From the IMG/VR virus record IMGVR_UViG_3300020182_000010, positions 64,001 to 128,000 of that record: a DNA stretch of 64,000 nt; one strand, given 5' to 3'. Below the pieces are notes generated by a model. It searched no databases and was not told the origin of the DNA. It saw nothing but the letters and a program-made list of their open reading frames with translations. This stretch comes from a virus. Both the position numbers and the translations under genes were made by a program. Positions 29,401-38,261 of the stretch are shown piece by piece (position 1 is the first letter of the stretch; each line of letters opens with the position of its first letter).

Positions 29401-30262
29401 CTACCTTTTCCTTTACTTCCTCGTCTCTATACCAAATACCTGCTCTCCACAATTCGCGGTCGCCAGTATATGCTTCTCTTTTATGTAGACTGTGATGTTG
29501 GTCACTAAAACAGATATCATAATTATTCCATTCGTGTTCATACACATATTTTTCATCTTGTGTATGCTTTTTCAGTTTATAATATAAGTTATGCTGTGCA
29601 TCTTTAGAAATTCCACTAAATCCTCGAATAACAGTCCAAGGAAAATATAGGCCTTCCTTATTATTGATAGGGTGAGTTGTGACTAAATCTTTTCTTGGTG
29701 TTTGTTTTTCGAAACTGTTTTGTCCATCTATATCTTTGAACTCCATCATAGTTTGTTCATCACTAAAAATTCTCTTGTAATACATTTGCTCAAGTTTCAA
29801 CTTAGCATTATATGTTACGATTTTAGACTTTATGTTACGAAGAATGTCTTTTGTATTATCATCCAAATCTGCAAAAGCCGTTTGACTATCAGAGAAGAAC
29901 GTATTTCCACCACTCTCTGCATTTTGATGCATGTACATAACTACAACATCATCATGTCCCTTACGATTCATTCCAGCACTATGCCACTCTAATTCACCGT
30001 CTTCTTCACCGCTAAATAATCCATTTTTTCTAACTTTAATAAGTTCGCCATGTCCCGCGACATTTCCTTTGACTTTTGTATTTTGTGATACCACCTCACC
30101 AATTGTTTTATAAAATGATACTAGAGTTTCTGGTGGTACTGGATCATTATTTCTCACTACCACTACACGGCAATCACCTATTAGTTCTCTAATTTTATCT
30201 GCATCGTTTTCATAATCGCATTCAGTCACAATTGCTGCAAATTTATTTTTTTCTACAATCAT
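29327..30262 (-). CDS. TauD/TfdA-fold enzyme with HxA (halogenase-type) iron motif
   Basis: EWHSAG, GGNTFFSD..AFADL, LVTTHP, HEWN..DQHHSLHKR, RELWR. Confidence 0.8.
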   Translation of the reverse strand: MIVEKNKFAAIVTECDYENDADKIRELIGDCRVVVVRNNDPVPPETLVSFYKTIGEVVSQNTKVKGNVAGHGELIKVRKNGLFSGEEDGELEWHSAGMNRKGHDDVVVMYMHQNAESGGNTFFSDSQTAFADLDDNTKDILRNIKSKIVTYNAKLKLEQMYYKRIFSDEQTMMEFKDIDGQNSFEKQTPRKDLVTTHPINNKEGLYFPWTVIRGFSGISKDAQHNLYYKLKKHTQDEKYVYEHEWNNYDICFSDQHHSLHKREAYTGDRELWRAGIWYRDEEVKEKVDETIEYRDHQAGSYDEWSCESLIK

Positions 30263-30815
30263 TTTTCACTCTTTCTAACCCTATATTTATACAGTCTTTC
30301 GTCAATGGAAGCCAAGTTATATTTTGTTCACAACTACTATCTCCGTTGCATACATAAAACTGGTCTGTTTCCATGATCCAGTCTGGCCATTGCATTTTGT
30401 TGTGCAAGAAGTATTTAAATCCATTAATACCGAACTTACCTTCTCTACTCATAAATGCATAATCAAATTTAAGATTGCCAACTAATTCTATCTGCTGTTC
30501 AATCATTTGTTTTGTATATTCAATATCGTTAACCGCAAATCTATAATCCGAAGATTTAATAAATCTATTTAGAACCCTACATCCATTTCCATAAAATTGT
30601 TTTCTATGTAAAACAGAAGAAAACCCCAATATTTTACCAGATTGCGTTTCATACGTTGATGCTCCAACCCAATCATCAATGTTTAACCGCTTCATTGTAT
30701 AATTATATTTTAGATTGTCTTGAAAATTTGATTGTGTAATAAACTGTTTTATGCTTTCAATATATGATTCCCAATTATTATCGGCAGAATTTATTGTTTT
30801 AATAGTTAAATTCAT
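30243..30815 (-). CDS. GNAT-fold-like protein
   Basis: KILGFSSV..RVLNRF..QQIE..YAFMSRE pattern; weak. Confidence 0.45.
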   Translation of the reverse strand: MNLTIKTINSADNNWESYIESIKQFITQSNFQDNLKYNYTMKRLNIDDWVGASTYETQSGKILGFSSVLHRKQFYGNGCRVLNRFIKSSDYRFAVNDIEYTKQMIEQQIELVGNLKFDYAFMSREGKFGINGFKYFLHNKMQWPDWIMETDQFYVCNGDSSCEQNITWLPLTKDCINIGLERVKNDCRKK

Positions 30816-31734
30816 TTTGCTTCACATGTTCAAAGAATGGCGCAATTGTCCAATTCTGAGTCAACCGTCCTCTACTAGTGTTATCATGATCAATAACACC
30901 GTCATCGTCAATTTCCCAATCAATTAATCTTACGTATACTGGTCCTGCTTGTGTTTCATACTCAAACATCCAGGATGAAAGAGTTTCACCACTTTGTGGT
31001 CCTGCCGCAACAACTCCCGCTGCAGTCTTATATATGTCTTTTTCATTAATACCTAGTTGTAATTTTGCTATATCTTTAAGTTCTTGTATATTATATGAAG
31101 AATTTTCCATATATCTACCAATTTGTCCCACACTTTTCATTCGAAGTACGGGACGAATTCTATTATATGGCGGAGTAGTATTAAAATCTATTCCACTATT
31201 GCAGGCTAGTTCACCAAATAATTCTATTTGTCTTTTTAATGTATGTTCGTTTACATTTTTTGCAATGATTGTACCAGTGTTCACTGGCAGTCTCGCATCA
31301 AAAACATTTTTCAATGCTCTAACTTTTACCGTTGACCAATTGCCTTCATCTAATACTTTGTATACATTATCATCATCTGCGCCGTTCATACTAAGCAATA
31401 GTAATCTGAGGCCTGCATCTTTTAGATTGGATGTGTAACTCTTATTTGCTAACTTTAGTCCGTTGGTAGTTAGACTAGGGCGATGTCCTAATCTTTTTGT
31501 AGTTGCAATAATCTCACATATATCCTCTCTCATAGTAGGTTCTGCTCCTATTAATCTGATATAGGTACGAGCAGGTAATCGTTTGATAATGTCAAATAAT
31601 TTATTTTTATCAATATCTGGAATATCACGATTTGGAATATAACAGTTAGCACACTCCATGTTACATCGATGAGTTAGATCAACTACAATGTTACTGAATG
31701 TATTATTTTCTGGTTCTAATTCGTAATAATTCAT
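30799..31734 (-). CDS. Radical SAM enzyme (MoaA/NifB/PqqE-like core)
   Basis: LTHRCNMECANCY (CxxxCxxC), GAEPT, TTNG. Confidence 0.9.
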   Translation of the reverse strand: MNYYELEPENNTFSNIVVDLTHRCNMECANCYIPNRDIPDIDKNKLFDIIKRLPARTYIRLIGAEPTMREDICEIIATTKRLGHRPSLTTNGLKLANKSYTSNLKDAGLRLLLLSMNGADDDNVYKVLDEGNWSTVKVRALKNVFDARLPVNTGTIIAKNVNEHTLKRQIELFGELACNSGIDFNTTPPYNRIRPVLRMKSVGQIGRYMENSSYNIQELKDIAKLQLGINEKDIYKTAAGVVAAGPQSGETLSSWMFEYETQAGPVYVRLIDWEIDDDGVIDHDNTSRGRLTQNWTIAPFFEHVKQNEFNY

Positions 31735-32070
31735 TTATGATTCAATTGATTTGTATTCTGCCTGTGTTATAGTCTCTATGTCACTTATTACTAAATATTC
31801 ACCTAATGATTGTAATAACATTGTTAGATCATTATGCATATCAGATGCATGAGCCTTATATCGGTAGTAATTGGTCTGGAGCACATTGGAACCGTTATCT
31901 ACTCTGGTAGATTTTCTATCACCACTAATGTCAAGCTCTTTTTCATCAGATAGCCGATATGTTATACTGGTGAATTGATCTGAACCAATTGTTTCTTCAA
32001 ACCACGATAGATATTGATCATGGTTTTTTCCATCTGGGTAATCTATACTAACTGTAAATTTATATGGCAT
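31735..32070 (-). CDS. Hypothetical protein, first gene of the tailoring operon
   Basis: AAAGGAAAA RBS; TATAAATA at 32115-32122. Confidence 0.7.
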   Translation of the reverse strand: MPYKFTVSIDYPDGKNHDQYLSWFEETIGSDQFTSITYRLSDEKELDISGDRKSTRVDNGSNVLQTNYYRYKAHASDMHNDLTMLLQSLGEYLVISDIETITQAEYKSIES

Positions 32071-32114
32071 TTTTGTTTTCCTTTTGTTTTAATTAAATAA
32101 TTTATCTAGTTATC

Positions 32115-32122
32115 TATTTATA
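32115..32122 (-). promoter_or_regulatory. T4-type late promoter TATAAATA
   Basis: Exact T4 late consensus just downstream of a terminator. Confidence 0.65.
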
Positions 32123-32142
32123 TAATTATATAATTAAGTAAA

Positions 32143-32169
32143 TTGGTCTGGGCAAATTGCCCAGACCAA
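32143..32169 (-). terminator. Hairpin terminator
   Basis: TTGGTCTGGGCA/TGCCCAGACCAA perfect stem. Confidence 0.75.
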
Positions 32170-32175
32170 CATCTA

Positions 32176-32526
32176 TTATTTTCCTTTGTTTACAAAATTG
32201 TAAAACTGTTGTGCAGCTTCAAGAATTTGTTCTGTTCCTGGAACTTCTGGCATTTCTACCTTCGTTACAACTTCATCATGTTCTTTGCGAACTGATGTTT
32301 CGAACATACCATATTTTGCATAATAGTCCTGCCACATTTGTGATTGTGCCATTTCTAATACTTGAGTGCGAATTTCATAACCATTTTTATTAAAAGTTAC
32401 TTTAGGAAGTGAAGGAGGTGTCATTTTTTGAAATGCTTCTGTAAATGCCTCTGGTTTCATTCCGGTGTTTTTGTATAAATCGCTGAATTTTTCAGCCATC
32501 TCTGTCATTTGTTTCATATCGAACAT
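32176..32526 (-). CDS. Conserved phage hypothetical protein downstream of tmRNA
   Basis: NKNGYEIRTQVLEMA..ILEAAQQFYNFVN; AC-rich leader + AAAGGAGA. Confidence 0.75.
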   Translation of the reverse strand: MFDMKQMTEMAEKFSDLYKNTGMKPEAFTEAFQKMTPPSLPKVTFNKNGYEIRTQVLEMAQSQMWQDYYAKYGMFETSVRKEHDEVVTKVEMPEVPGTEQILEAAQQFYNFVNKGK

Positions 32527-32555
32527 ATTGTTCTCCTTTGTGTGTGTGTGTTGTG

Positions 32556-32820
32556 TAACTATTCTGTTGCTAGGTCAGTTACCAACCCCCACGTGCTTAA
32601 ATTAAGCCGCTAATGCCATTTCTGGCGCATAATTGTTATTTGCAATTATAAAGTTTATTCGCGGTAACGGCGCTTATATCCCGGTAACTCCATTCATCTA
32701 TCTTGTCAGTCGATCCTATTTCAGCCCCATAAGAAACACACTTATCTAAATGTGCTTATGGTGGAGCTGCGCGGTACTGCCCCACGGTCCTGTCCAATCA
32801 TCAAATCACTTCAACGTTAC
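32556..32820 (-). ncRNA. ssrA: Circularly permuted two-piece tmRNA (alphaproteobacterial type); outer ends approximate
   Basis: T-arm CGTGG-GGCAGTA-CCGCG + CAGCTCCACCA (CCA ends 32759) precede a 30-nt intervening hairpin and GGGGCTGAAATAGGATCGAC (starts 32728); G3-U pair; tag ORF 32643-32602 ANNNYAPEMALAA*. Confidence 0.93.
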
Positions 32821-32824
32821 ATTC

Positions 32825-32855
32825 TATTTATAACATATTTTGATAGTGTTGTCAA
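32825..32855 (-). promoter_or_regulatory. Overlapping sigma70 (TTGACA-N17-TATAAA) and late (TATAAATA) promoter of tmRNA
   Basis: Both motifs visible immediately upstream of the tmRNA. Confidence 0.65.
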
Positions 32856-33430
32856 GTGTTGAATTTATTTTTAATAATTTCAACTACTCTGTCAGATAGA
32901 ACTATCTCATAATGGTTTCTATCTACTTCTGCATATTCTATATCATTACGACAAGTCATACTTTTACGTGTGACAATGCCATCATTTTCACCTGATATCC
33001 ATGGTACATCGCCAACTGTTGTGACTACCTGAAGCCAATTACACGAAATATCAATATTACGACTACCTCTGATAAATCTACTATGTGTTGTAATGTCACT
33101 AAACATTTCATATCCAGAAAAGAATTTCATTGTTGCTCCCCAAACCGCAATCTCACTGCCATTAAATGGTGTTGCTAAACTAACAACATTTTTTATTGTA
33201 TCAAATTCACTTTGTAAATATGTTGCATATACACCACCAAGACTATGTGCTATTACAAAAAATTCATCATCTATATCATTCAAAGTTTTCATCATTATAG
33301 CAAGATTATCAACTGCCGCTGTATGTTTACTATAATTTAAATATATAGGATCTTTACAATCCAAAGATTTCTGAATGAAGGCGAAACTTCTTTCACTAGC
33401 AGTTGCCCCATGTATATACACTATTCTCAT
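32852..33430 (-). CDS. Alpha/beta hydrolase (esterase/lipase)
   Basis: YIHG, IAHSLGG, LATPFNGS, NDGIV, NHYE. Confidence 0.85.
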   Translation of the reverse strand: MRIVYIHGATASERSFAFIQKSLDCKDPIYLNYSKHTAAVDNLAIMMKTLNDIDDEFFVIAHSLGGVYATYLQSEFDTIKNVVSLATPFNGSEIAVWGATMKFFSGYEMFSDITTHSRFIRGSRNIDISCNWLQVVTTVGDVPWISGENDGIVTRKSMTCRNDIEYAEVDRNHYEIVLSDRVVEIIKNKFNT

Positions 33431-33434
33431 TCAT

Positions 33435-34130
33435 TCAAGTCCTGACGCTGTTGTGCTTGCGATCCATAAACATCTTTGCTGTTTCAACTGCTACTGCTGC
33501 ATCTCTACAATACGCATCTGCACCAATTGCTTTTCCAAATTCTTCATTTAGTGGTGCGCCGCCTACTAGTATTGTATAATCATCACGCATACCTTTTTCA
33601 ATCATTACATCAATAACAACCTTCATATATGGCATTGTTGTTGTAAGTAATGCACTCATACCTAATATATCTGGATTATGTTCTTCGATTGCATCAAGAT
33701 AAGCCTGAACATCGTTATTAATACCAATATCGTGTACATCAAATCCTGCACCTTCCATCATCATGCCAACTAAGTTCTTACCAATGTCATGTATATCACC
33801 TTTAACTGTGCCGATAACCATAGTTCCAACTTGTGGTGCGCCTGTTTCCGCAAGTAGAGGTTTAAGAATTGACATACCGCCTTTCATAGCGTTTGCTGCC
33901 AGTAGCACTTCAGGCACAAACAATATGCCATCTCTGAAGTCGATGCCAACAATTGTCATACCAGCAACTAAAGATTCTGTTAGTACACGATATGGTTCCC
34001 ATCCTCGCTCTAATAGAATATTTGTGCCTTCTTCTACCTCTTCTTTTAGACCATCATACAAATCATCGCCCATTTGAATTACTAATTCTTCATCATTTAA
34101 TTCAGAGAGTACAATATTATCATCTTCCAT
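33435..34130 (-). CDS. Stand-alone cobalamin-binding (corrinoid) protein, split methionine-synthase type
   Basis: FVPEVLLAANAMK cap domain; GTVKGDIHDIGKNLV (DxHxxG), SALLTTT, VGGAP. Confidence 0.92.
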   Translation of the reverse strand: MEDDNIVLSELNDEELVIQMGDDLYDGLKEEVEEGTNILLERGWEPYRVLTESLVAGMTIVGIDFRDGILFVPEVLLAANAMKGGMSILKPLLAETGAPQVGTMVIGTVKGDIHDIGKNLVGMMMEGAGFDVHDIGINNDVQAYLDAIEEHNPDILGMSALLTTTMPYMKVVIDVMIEKGMRDDYTILVGGAPLNEEFGKAIGADAYCRDAAVAVETAKMFMDRKHNSVRT

Positions 34131-34175
34131 TATTCTTCTCACTTGTATAGGTTAACATATCTATTTATAAGCAAT

Positions 34176-34205
34176 AAAAAAGGGGCGCTATTAGCACCCC
34201 TTTTT
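34176..34205 (-). terminator. Rho-independent terminator
   Basis: GGGGTGCTA/TAGCGCCCC stem flanked by A/T runs. Confidence 0.8.
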
Positions 34206-34226
34206 CTCAATATATTCACTTTTATA

Positions 34227-35000
34227 TTAGAATGAAAAACTTAGTGTAACTGATGGTGTTACTGTTTCATCATCTACATTATAATTAACATCTGTTTCTA
34301 CACTGGCACCAGACCAATCAAATTCATGTCCTACGCCGACGTTTTCTAGTAAATCGTCTTCGTCACCATTAATATATGTTGTTAAACCATATGTACTAAC
34401 AGTAGAATCTAATTCATATGCTAATGTATCTGTTTCATATGATACAGTTGTACCAAGTGCAACACCTGTAACTTCTGCCGTATCAACCCGTGCACCCCAA
34501 GTATATTCTTCAGATGTGCGATTGTAATCCATAGATGCCGTTACATCTACAACTGCTAAATCAACATTATATGCAAGTTGTACATTTGACACTTCGGTAA
34601 TGTCAGTTGTAATATCAGTAAAACCAACTGCTACAGCGGCTGGACCGTATGATAATATCACTGATTCATCAATAGTTGGTACTGCAACTGATGAAAAGTC
34701 TGATGTTGCTTCTACAAAAATACCGTCTTGGTCACCCAATGATACTGTTGTACCTAAAACTTCTGTTCCAACATGCCATTTATCTAGTGCAATTGTGGCA
34801 CTATCAACTGATTCAAACTCTAGTCCAACGTTTGCTGCACCTTCGCCTGCTGCAACATCAATACCGATTGTAGTTGTTGCTTCGTACTTATCTGTTGCTT
34901 TATTTTCAGCAACTTTCATTTCCACAGAAGCATCAACATCTGCAGCAAATGAAGTCGTAGCCATTAAAATAGCGGCTACTGTTGTTAGTAATAGTTTCAT
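34227..35000 (-). CDS. Porin-like outer-membrane beta-barrel protein
   Basis: Signal peptide (..TSFA), acidic alternating beta pattern, C-terminal LSFSF beta-signal. Confidence 0.7.
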   Translation of the reverse strand: MKLLLTTVAAILMATTSFAADVDASVEMKVAENKATDKYEATTTIGIDVAAGEGAANVGLEFESVDSATIALDKWHVGTEVLGTTVSLGDQDGIFVEATSDFSSVAVPTIDESVILSYGPAAVAVGFTDITTDITEVSNVQLAYNVDLAVVDVTASMDYNRTSEEYTWGARVDTAEVTGVALGTTVSYETDTLAYELDSTVSTYGLTTYINGDEDDLLENVGVGHEFDWSGASVETDVNYNVDDETVTPSVTLSFSF

Positions 35001-35144
35001 TATTATATTTCCTTTTAAACAAAAATATGAGCAGATAAACTGCTCACACTATTCTACTTATACTAATATAATACATTTTTGCTTTATTATCAAGCGGTTA
35101 TAAAGTTAATATTAGTGTATGTGACATTTATGATACACTTTTAA

Positions 35145-35390
35145 TTATGCTTTAGTATTTTTCTTTGCATTCTTTTTTGTCTTAGTTTTAGATGCTGGCT
35201 TTTTTGTTTTGGTAGTTGGTATGATTTTTTTATCATACCAACCCCATCGATTTAATAATGGTTCAACTGCATATTTAACTTGTGAGTCATTCCAATTATA
35301 TAACTTTTTAATATCAGAAAAAAGTTTATCTTTATCTTCATAAATTTGCATCATATTAATGATGTTTTTATCTATGTCGATCCAGTTCAT
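35145..35390 (-). CDS. Hypothetical protein with Lys-rich tail
   Basis: ORF in operon. Confidence 0.65.
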   Translation of the reverse strand: MNWIDIDKNIINMMQIYEDKDKLFSDIKKLYNWNDSQVKYAVEPLLNRWGWYDKKIIPTTKTKKPASKTKTKKNAKKNTKA

Positions 35391-35542
35391 TCAGATTTCC
35401 AGATAGTCCATATACCATATGCAATTGCTGCATATGCAATTAAATCAACTGGTACAATGAGCATTGCAATTCCAGTTGCAACTAGTGCTGCACCGTCGAG
35501 TGTTGTACGTTCTTTTAGTCTATTTTTAATCCAATTAATCAT
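35387..35542 (-). CDS. Small 2-TM membrane protein (holin-like), 51 aa, not in ORF track
   Basis: MINWIKNRLKERTTLDGAALVATGIAMLIVP..YGIWTIWKSE; AAGGAG RBS. Confidence 0.7.
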   Translation of the reverse strand: MINWIKNRLKERTTLDGAALVATGIAMLIVPVDLIAYAAIAYGIWTIWKSE

Positions 35543-36464
35543 TTTTTTTCTCCTTTAATAATTTATTATAAAACAGTTCTTCATCTGGACAATTATTATG
35601 TTCAATTTGAATAGTTGTATGTACTATTTTATAATTATCGATTAATAGTTTCTTGGTATTATATATTGTATCATCACATTCGCCATCATCCAATATATTG
35701 ATGTGCATAGCGGCTGAAATTTGTCCGCTTGCTAATTCCCATATATGTATATGGTGAACATTACTAACATGATCGATATTTGTTATAATATCTTTTACTA
35801 TAACATCAACATCAATATGTTCTGGTTTTCCAGTCATTAGTATTCTAATACAATCTTTTAATAATTCCCAACCACTTTTTAATATCAAACTGGCCAGAAC
35901 TACACTTATAATAGGATCAATATAATACCAATCAGTAAAATATATTACGATACCACCTATAATGGCACCAACACTGCCTAAAATATCAAGTAAGATATGA
36001 AGTATCACTCCTCGCATATTAATATTATGACCATCATGGTGATGATGCACCACTTTAAATAAAACCAAATTAACGATTAATCCAACAATAGCAATTGGTA
36101 ACATCCAATATATATCAACATGCTCAGGATTTAGTATACGATAAATTGCTTCGTATATAATATATCCAAAAAGTCCAATCCACATCAGTGCATTTAAAAA
36201 TGCTGCAATAACTTCCGCTCTCATAAATCCATATGAATATGTATCTGTTGGTGGTTTTCTGCCAATCCAAAATCCAAATACTGCAATAATCATTGCTAAT
36301 GCATCAGTTGAAAGATGTAATGCATCACTCAATAACGCAAGTGAATTACTTATATGTGCACCAAATAATTCGATAACAACAAATAATATTAAAATAAAAA
36401 TGCTTATTTTTAATGCACGTTCTTCTTTGCCGGCTTTTCTGATATGATATTGATTATGCTTCAT
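35535..36464 (-). CDS. Cation diffusion facilitator (CzcD/ZitB-type Zn/Co/Cd exporter)
   Basis: SLALLSDALH..D, YSYGFMRAE, His-rich loop, HILLDILGS, HHIHIW, HTTIQIE. Confidence 0.92.
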   Translation of the reverse strand: MKHNQYHIRKAGKEERALKISIFILILFVVIELFGAHISNSLALLSDALHLSTDALAMIIAVFGFWIGRKPPTDTYSYGFMRAEVIAAFLNALMWIGLFGYIIYEAIYRILNPEHVDIYWMLPIAIVGLIVNLVLFKVVHHHHDGHNINMRGVILHILLDILGSVGAIIGGIVIYFTDWYYIDPIISVVLASLILKSGWELLKDCIRILMTGKPEHIDVDVIVKDIITNIDHVSNVHHIHIWELASGQISAAMHINILDDGECDDTIYNTKKLLIDNYKIVHTTIQIEHNNCPDEELFYNKLLKEKKND

Positions 36465-37378
36465 AAATTTTTCATCTTTGTATTATACAATTCTCTAATA
36501 CCGTTTTCTATACTAATAGTTGGATTCCAACCAATAAGTTTTGTTGCTTTGGATATGTCAGCAAGTGTTTCAGTTGCGTAACCTTTGGGTTTATCTTGAT
36601 TCTCTACTTCTAAATTAGGAAAAAACTCACGTAAAACATTAACAACTTGATTTACAGAAAAATTTTCACCAGTTCCAACATTAAAAATCTCACTCTTTAC
36701 TTTAGATTCCATACTTGCAATACATGCATGTGCAACATCACTAACATGAATATAATCTCTTCTATATTCACCATCACCGTGAACTGTTAATGGTGTATTT
36801 TCATTAGCCATACGATAAAATCTACTGATCATCAATCCATTATTATCGTCTGATGGTTGTTCATCACCATATATGGTAAAAAAACGTAATACATTATAAT
36901 TTAGTCCAAAGACGTTTTTATATTGTTTACATAATTGTTCGCCAAATAATTTAGTCATTGCATAATAATTTAATGGATCCGGTTTATGAAATGGTTTATG
37001 TGGTATAGGATTATTCCCATATATACTTGATGAACTAGCATAAACAAATTTACGAATACCTACAGCATGTGCGGCAGTTAATACGTTACGTGTACCAGTA
37101 ACATTAATGTCAAAGTAAGTATCAGGATCAATAAAACTATCCGGTATTCGGGTCTTTGCTGCTAGATGTATAACATAATCTTTTCCGGCAGTTGCCATTA
37201 CACACTTAGCTGCATTTTGTATATCACCTTTAATATACTTTACCATTTTAAAATCAGTAGGCTTTTCTACAATATCTAAAACAGTTACTTCGTAACCTTT
37301 TCTTAGTAATTGTCTGACAACTTCTCTGCCTACGAAACCAGCGCCGCCAGTGACAAGAACTTTACCTTTTGCTAACAT
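36461..37378 (-). CDS. NAD-dependent nucleotide-sugar epimerase/dehydratase
   Basis: VTGGAGFVG, HLAA, ASSSSIYG, YAMTK, RDYIHVSD. Confidence 0.92.
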   Translation of the reverse strand: MLAKGKVLVTGGAGFVGREVVRQLLRKGYEVTVLDIVEKPTDFKMVKYIKGDIQNAAKCVMATAGKDYVIHLAAKTRIPDSFIDPDTYFDINVTGTRNVLTAAHAVGIRKFVYASSSSIYGNNPIPHKPFHKPDPLNYYAMTKLFGEQLCKQYKNVFGLNYNVLRFFTIYGDEQPSDDNNGLMISRFYRMANENTPLTVHGDGEYRRDYIHVSDVAHACIASMESKVKSEIFNVGTGENFSVNQVVNVLREFFPNLEVENQDKPKGYATETLADISKATKLIGWNPTISIENGIRELYNTKMKNL

Positions 37379-37495
37379 ATGAATTCTTTCTAAGTTTCTT
37401 TATTCAACATATTTAGTCTATTAATATTTTTACTATTATAACAGAATAATATACAAATAGCAAGTATTATTTTTTAATTGACAAATTGGCACTGT

Positions 37496-37508
37496 TGCAT
37501 TGGATGCA
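37496..37508. promoter_or_regulatory. LysR-type T-N11-A palindrome TGCA-N5-TGCA
   Basis: TGCATTGGATGCA upstream of the DUF1127-like operon. Confidence 0.4.
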
Positions 37509-37663
37509 TACCGAGTCTTCTCAAAATGCAGTTGTTTTTGTTGTTTTTTAGTGCTATATTATAATAAATAATAGTAGAGAAACATAGTATTGTTTCACTA
37601 TATGGCACTGGGAAAGACTAGGGTATTGCTTCCCTCAAGCATCAGACAATTTGGAGAAACTAT

Positions 37664-37852
37664 ATGACACTAAATGTATTTAGTGCCTTGACAAATCTTT
37701 TTGGCGGATTTGCTAGTAAGGCAACAAAACGCTCAGACTTGATGACTTGGGCAAAAACAGAATATGCACGTGATTGGCAATTTGCTTATAATTACATGCT
37801 AGACAATGATGGGAAGGCGCCATCACACAGACACATACAAGGAATAAAGTAA
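37664..37852 (+). CDS. Small hypothetical protein
   Basis: GGAGA RBS; WAKTEY..DW motif. Confidence 0.7.
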   Translation: MTLNVFSALTNLFGGFASKATKRSDLMTWAKTEYARDWQFAYNYMLDNDGKAPSHRHIQGIK

Positions 37853-38088
37853 TGATTAACAAATTAATCGCAACACTCACAAACATTCGTAATACAATGG
37901 ATTATAACAAAAAAGTACGTCAAACAATTAGAGAATTATCCGCACTATCAAACTATGAACTAAATGATATCGGTATTTCACGTAGCGAAATTTATCATAT
38001 TGCGCATACATCATATAAAAAGTCAGCAAAGGTCAAAGCCGATGATGTACATGTTAGTACAAATGAAAATTTGAGAGGATTTGTATAA
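37852..38088 (+). CDS. DUF1127 (YjiS-like) small protein
   Basis: RQTIRELSALSNYELNDIGISRSEI. Confidence 0.85.
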   Translation: MINKLIATLTNIRNTMDYNKKVRQTIRELSALSNYELNDIGISRSEIYHIAHTSYKKSAKVKADDVHVSTNENLRGFV

Positions 38089-38261
38089 TGACAACATTAG
38101 TAATGGAATATACAATTAATCCGTTTTGGACTGCACTCCGCACATTTGGACGCGGAACGTGGGCATTAATGGAATCGATAGGTAGAGCAAGAGCCGCCGC
38201 TGAATTGCATCGCCTAGGTTATACAAAAGAAGCAAAACGCTTGATGTTGGAGATCAGATAA
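38088..38261 (+). CDS. Small protein (57 aa), DUF1127-related; not in ORF track
   Basis: TAATG coupling; ESIGRARAAAELHRLGY. Confidence 0.7.
   Translation: MTTLVMEYTINPFWTALRTFGRGTWALMESIGRARAAAELHRLGYTKEAKRLMLEIR

Noticed and set aside
32720-32795. tRNA gene (T-arm and CCA end)
   Set aside because: No anticodon arm; the halves are permuted and followed by a tag ORF, so this is tmRNA.
37600-37660. Cobalamin riboswitch (GCACTGGGAA resembles part of the B12 element)
   Set aside because: The other conserved B12-box elements are absent and the region is too short.
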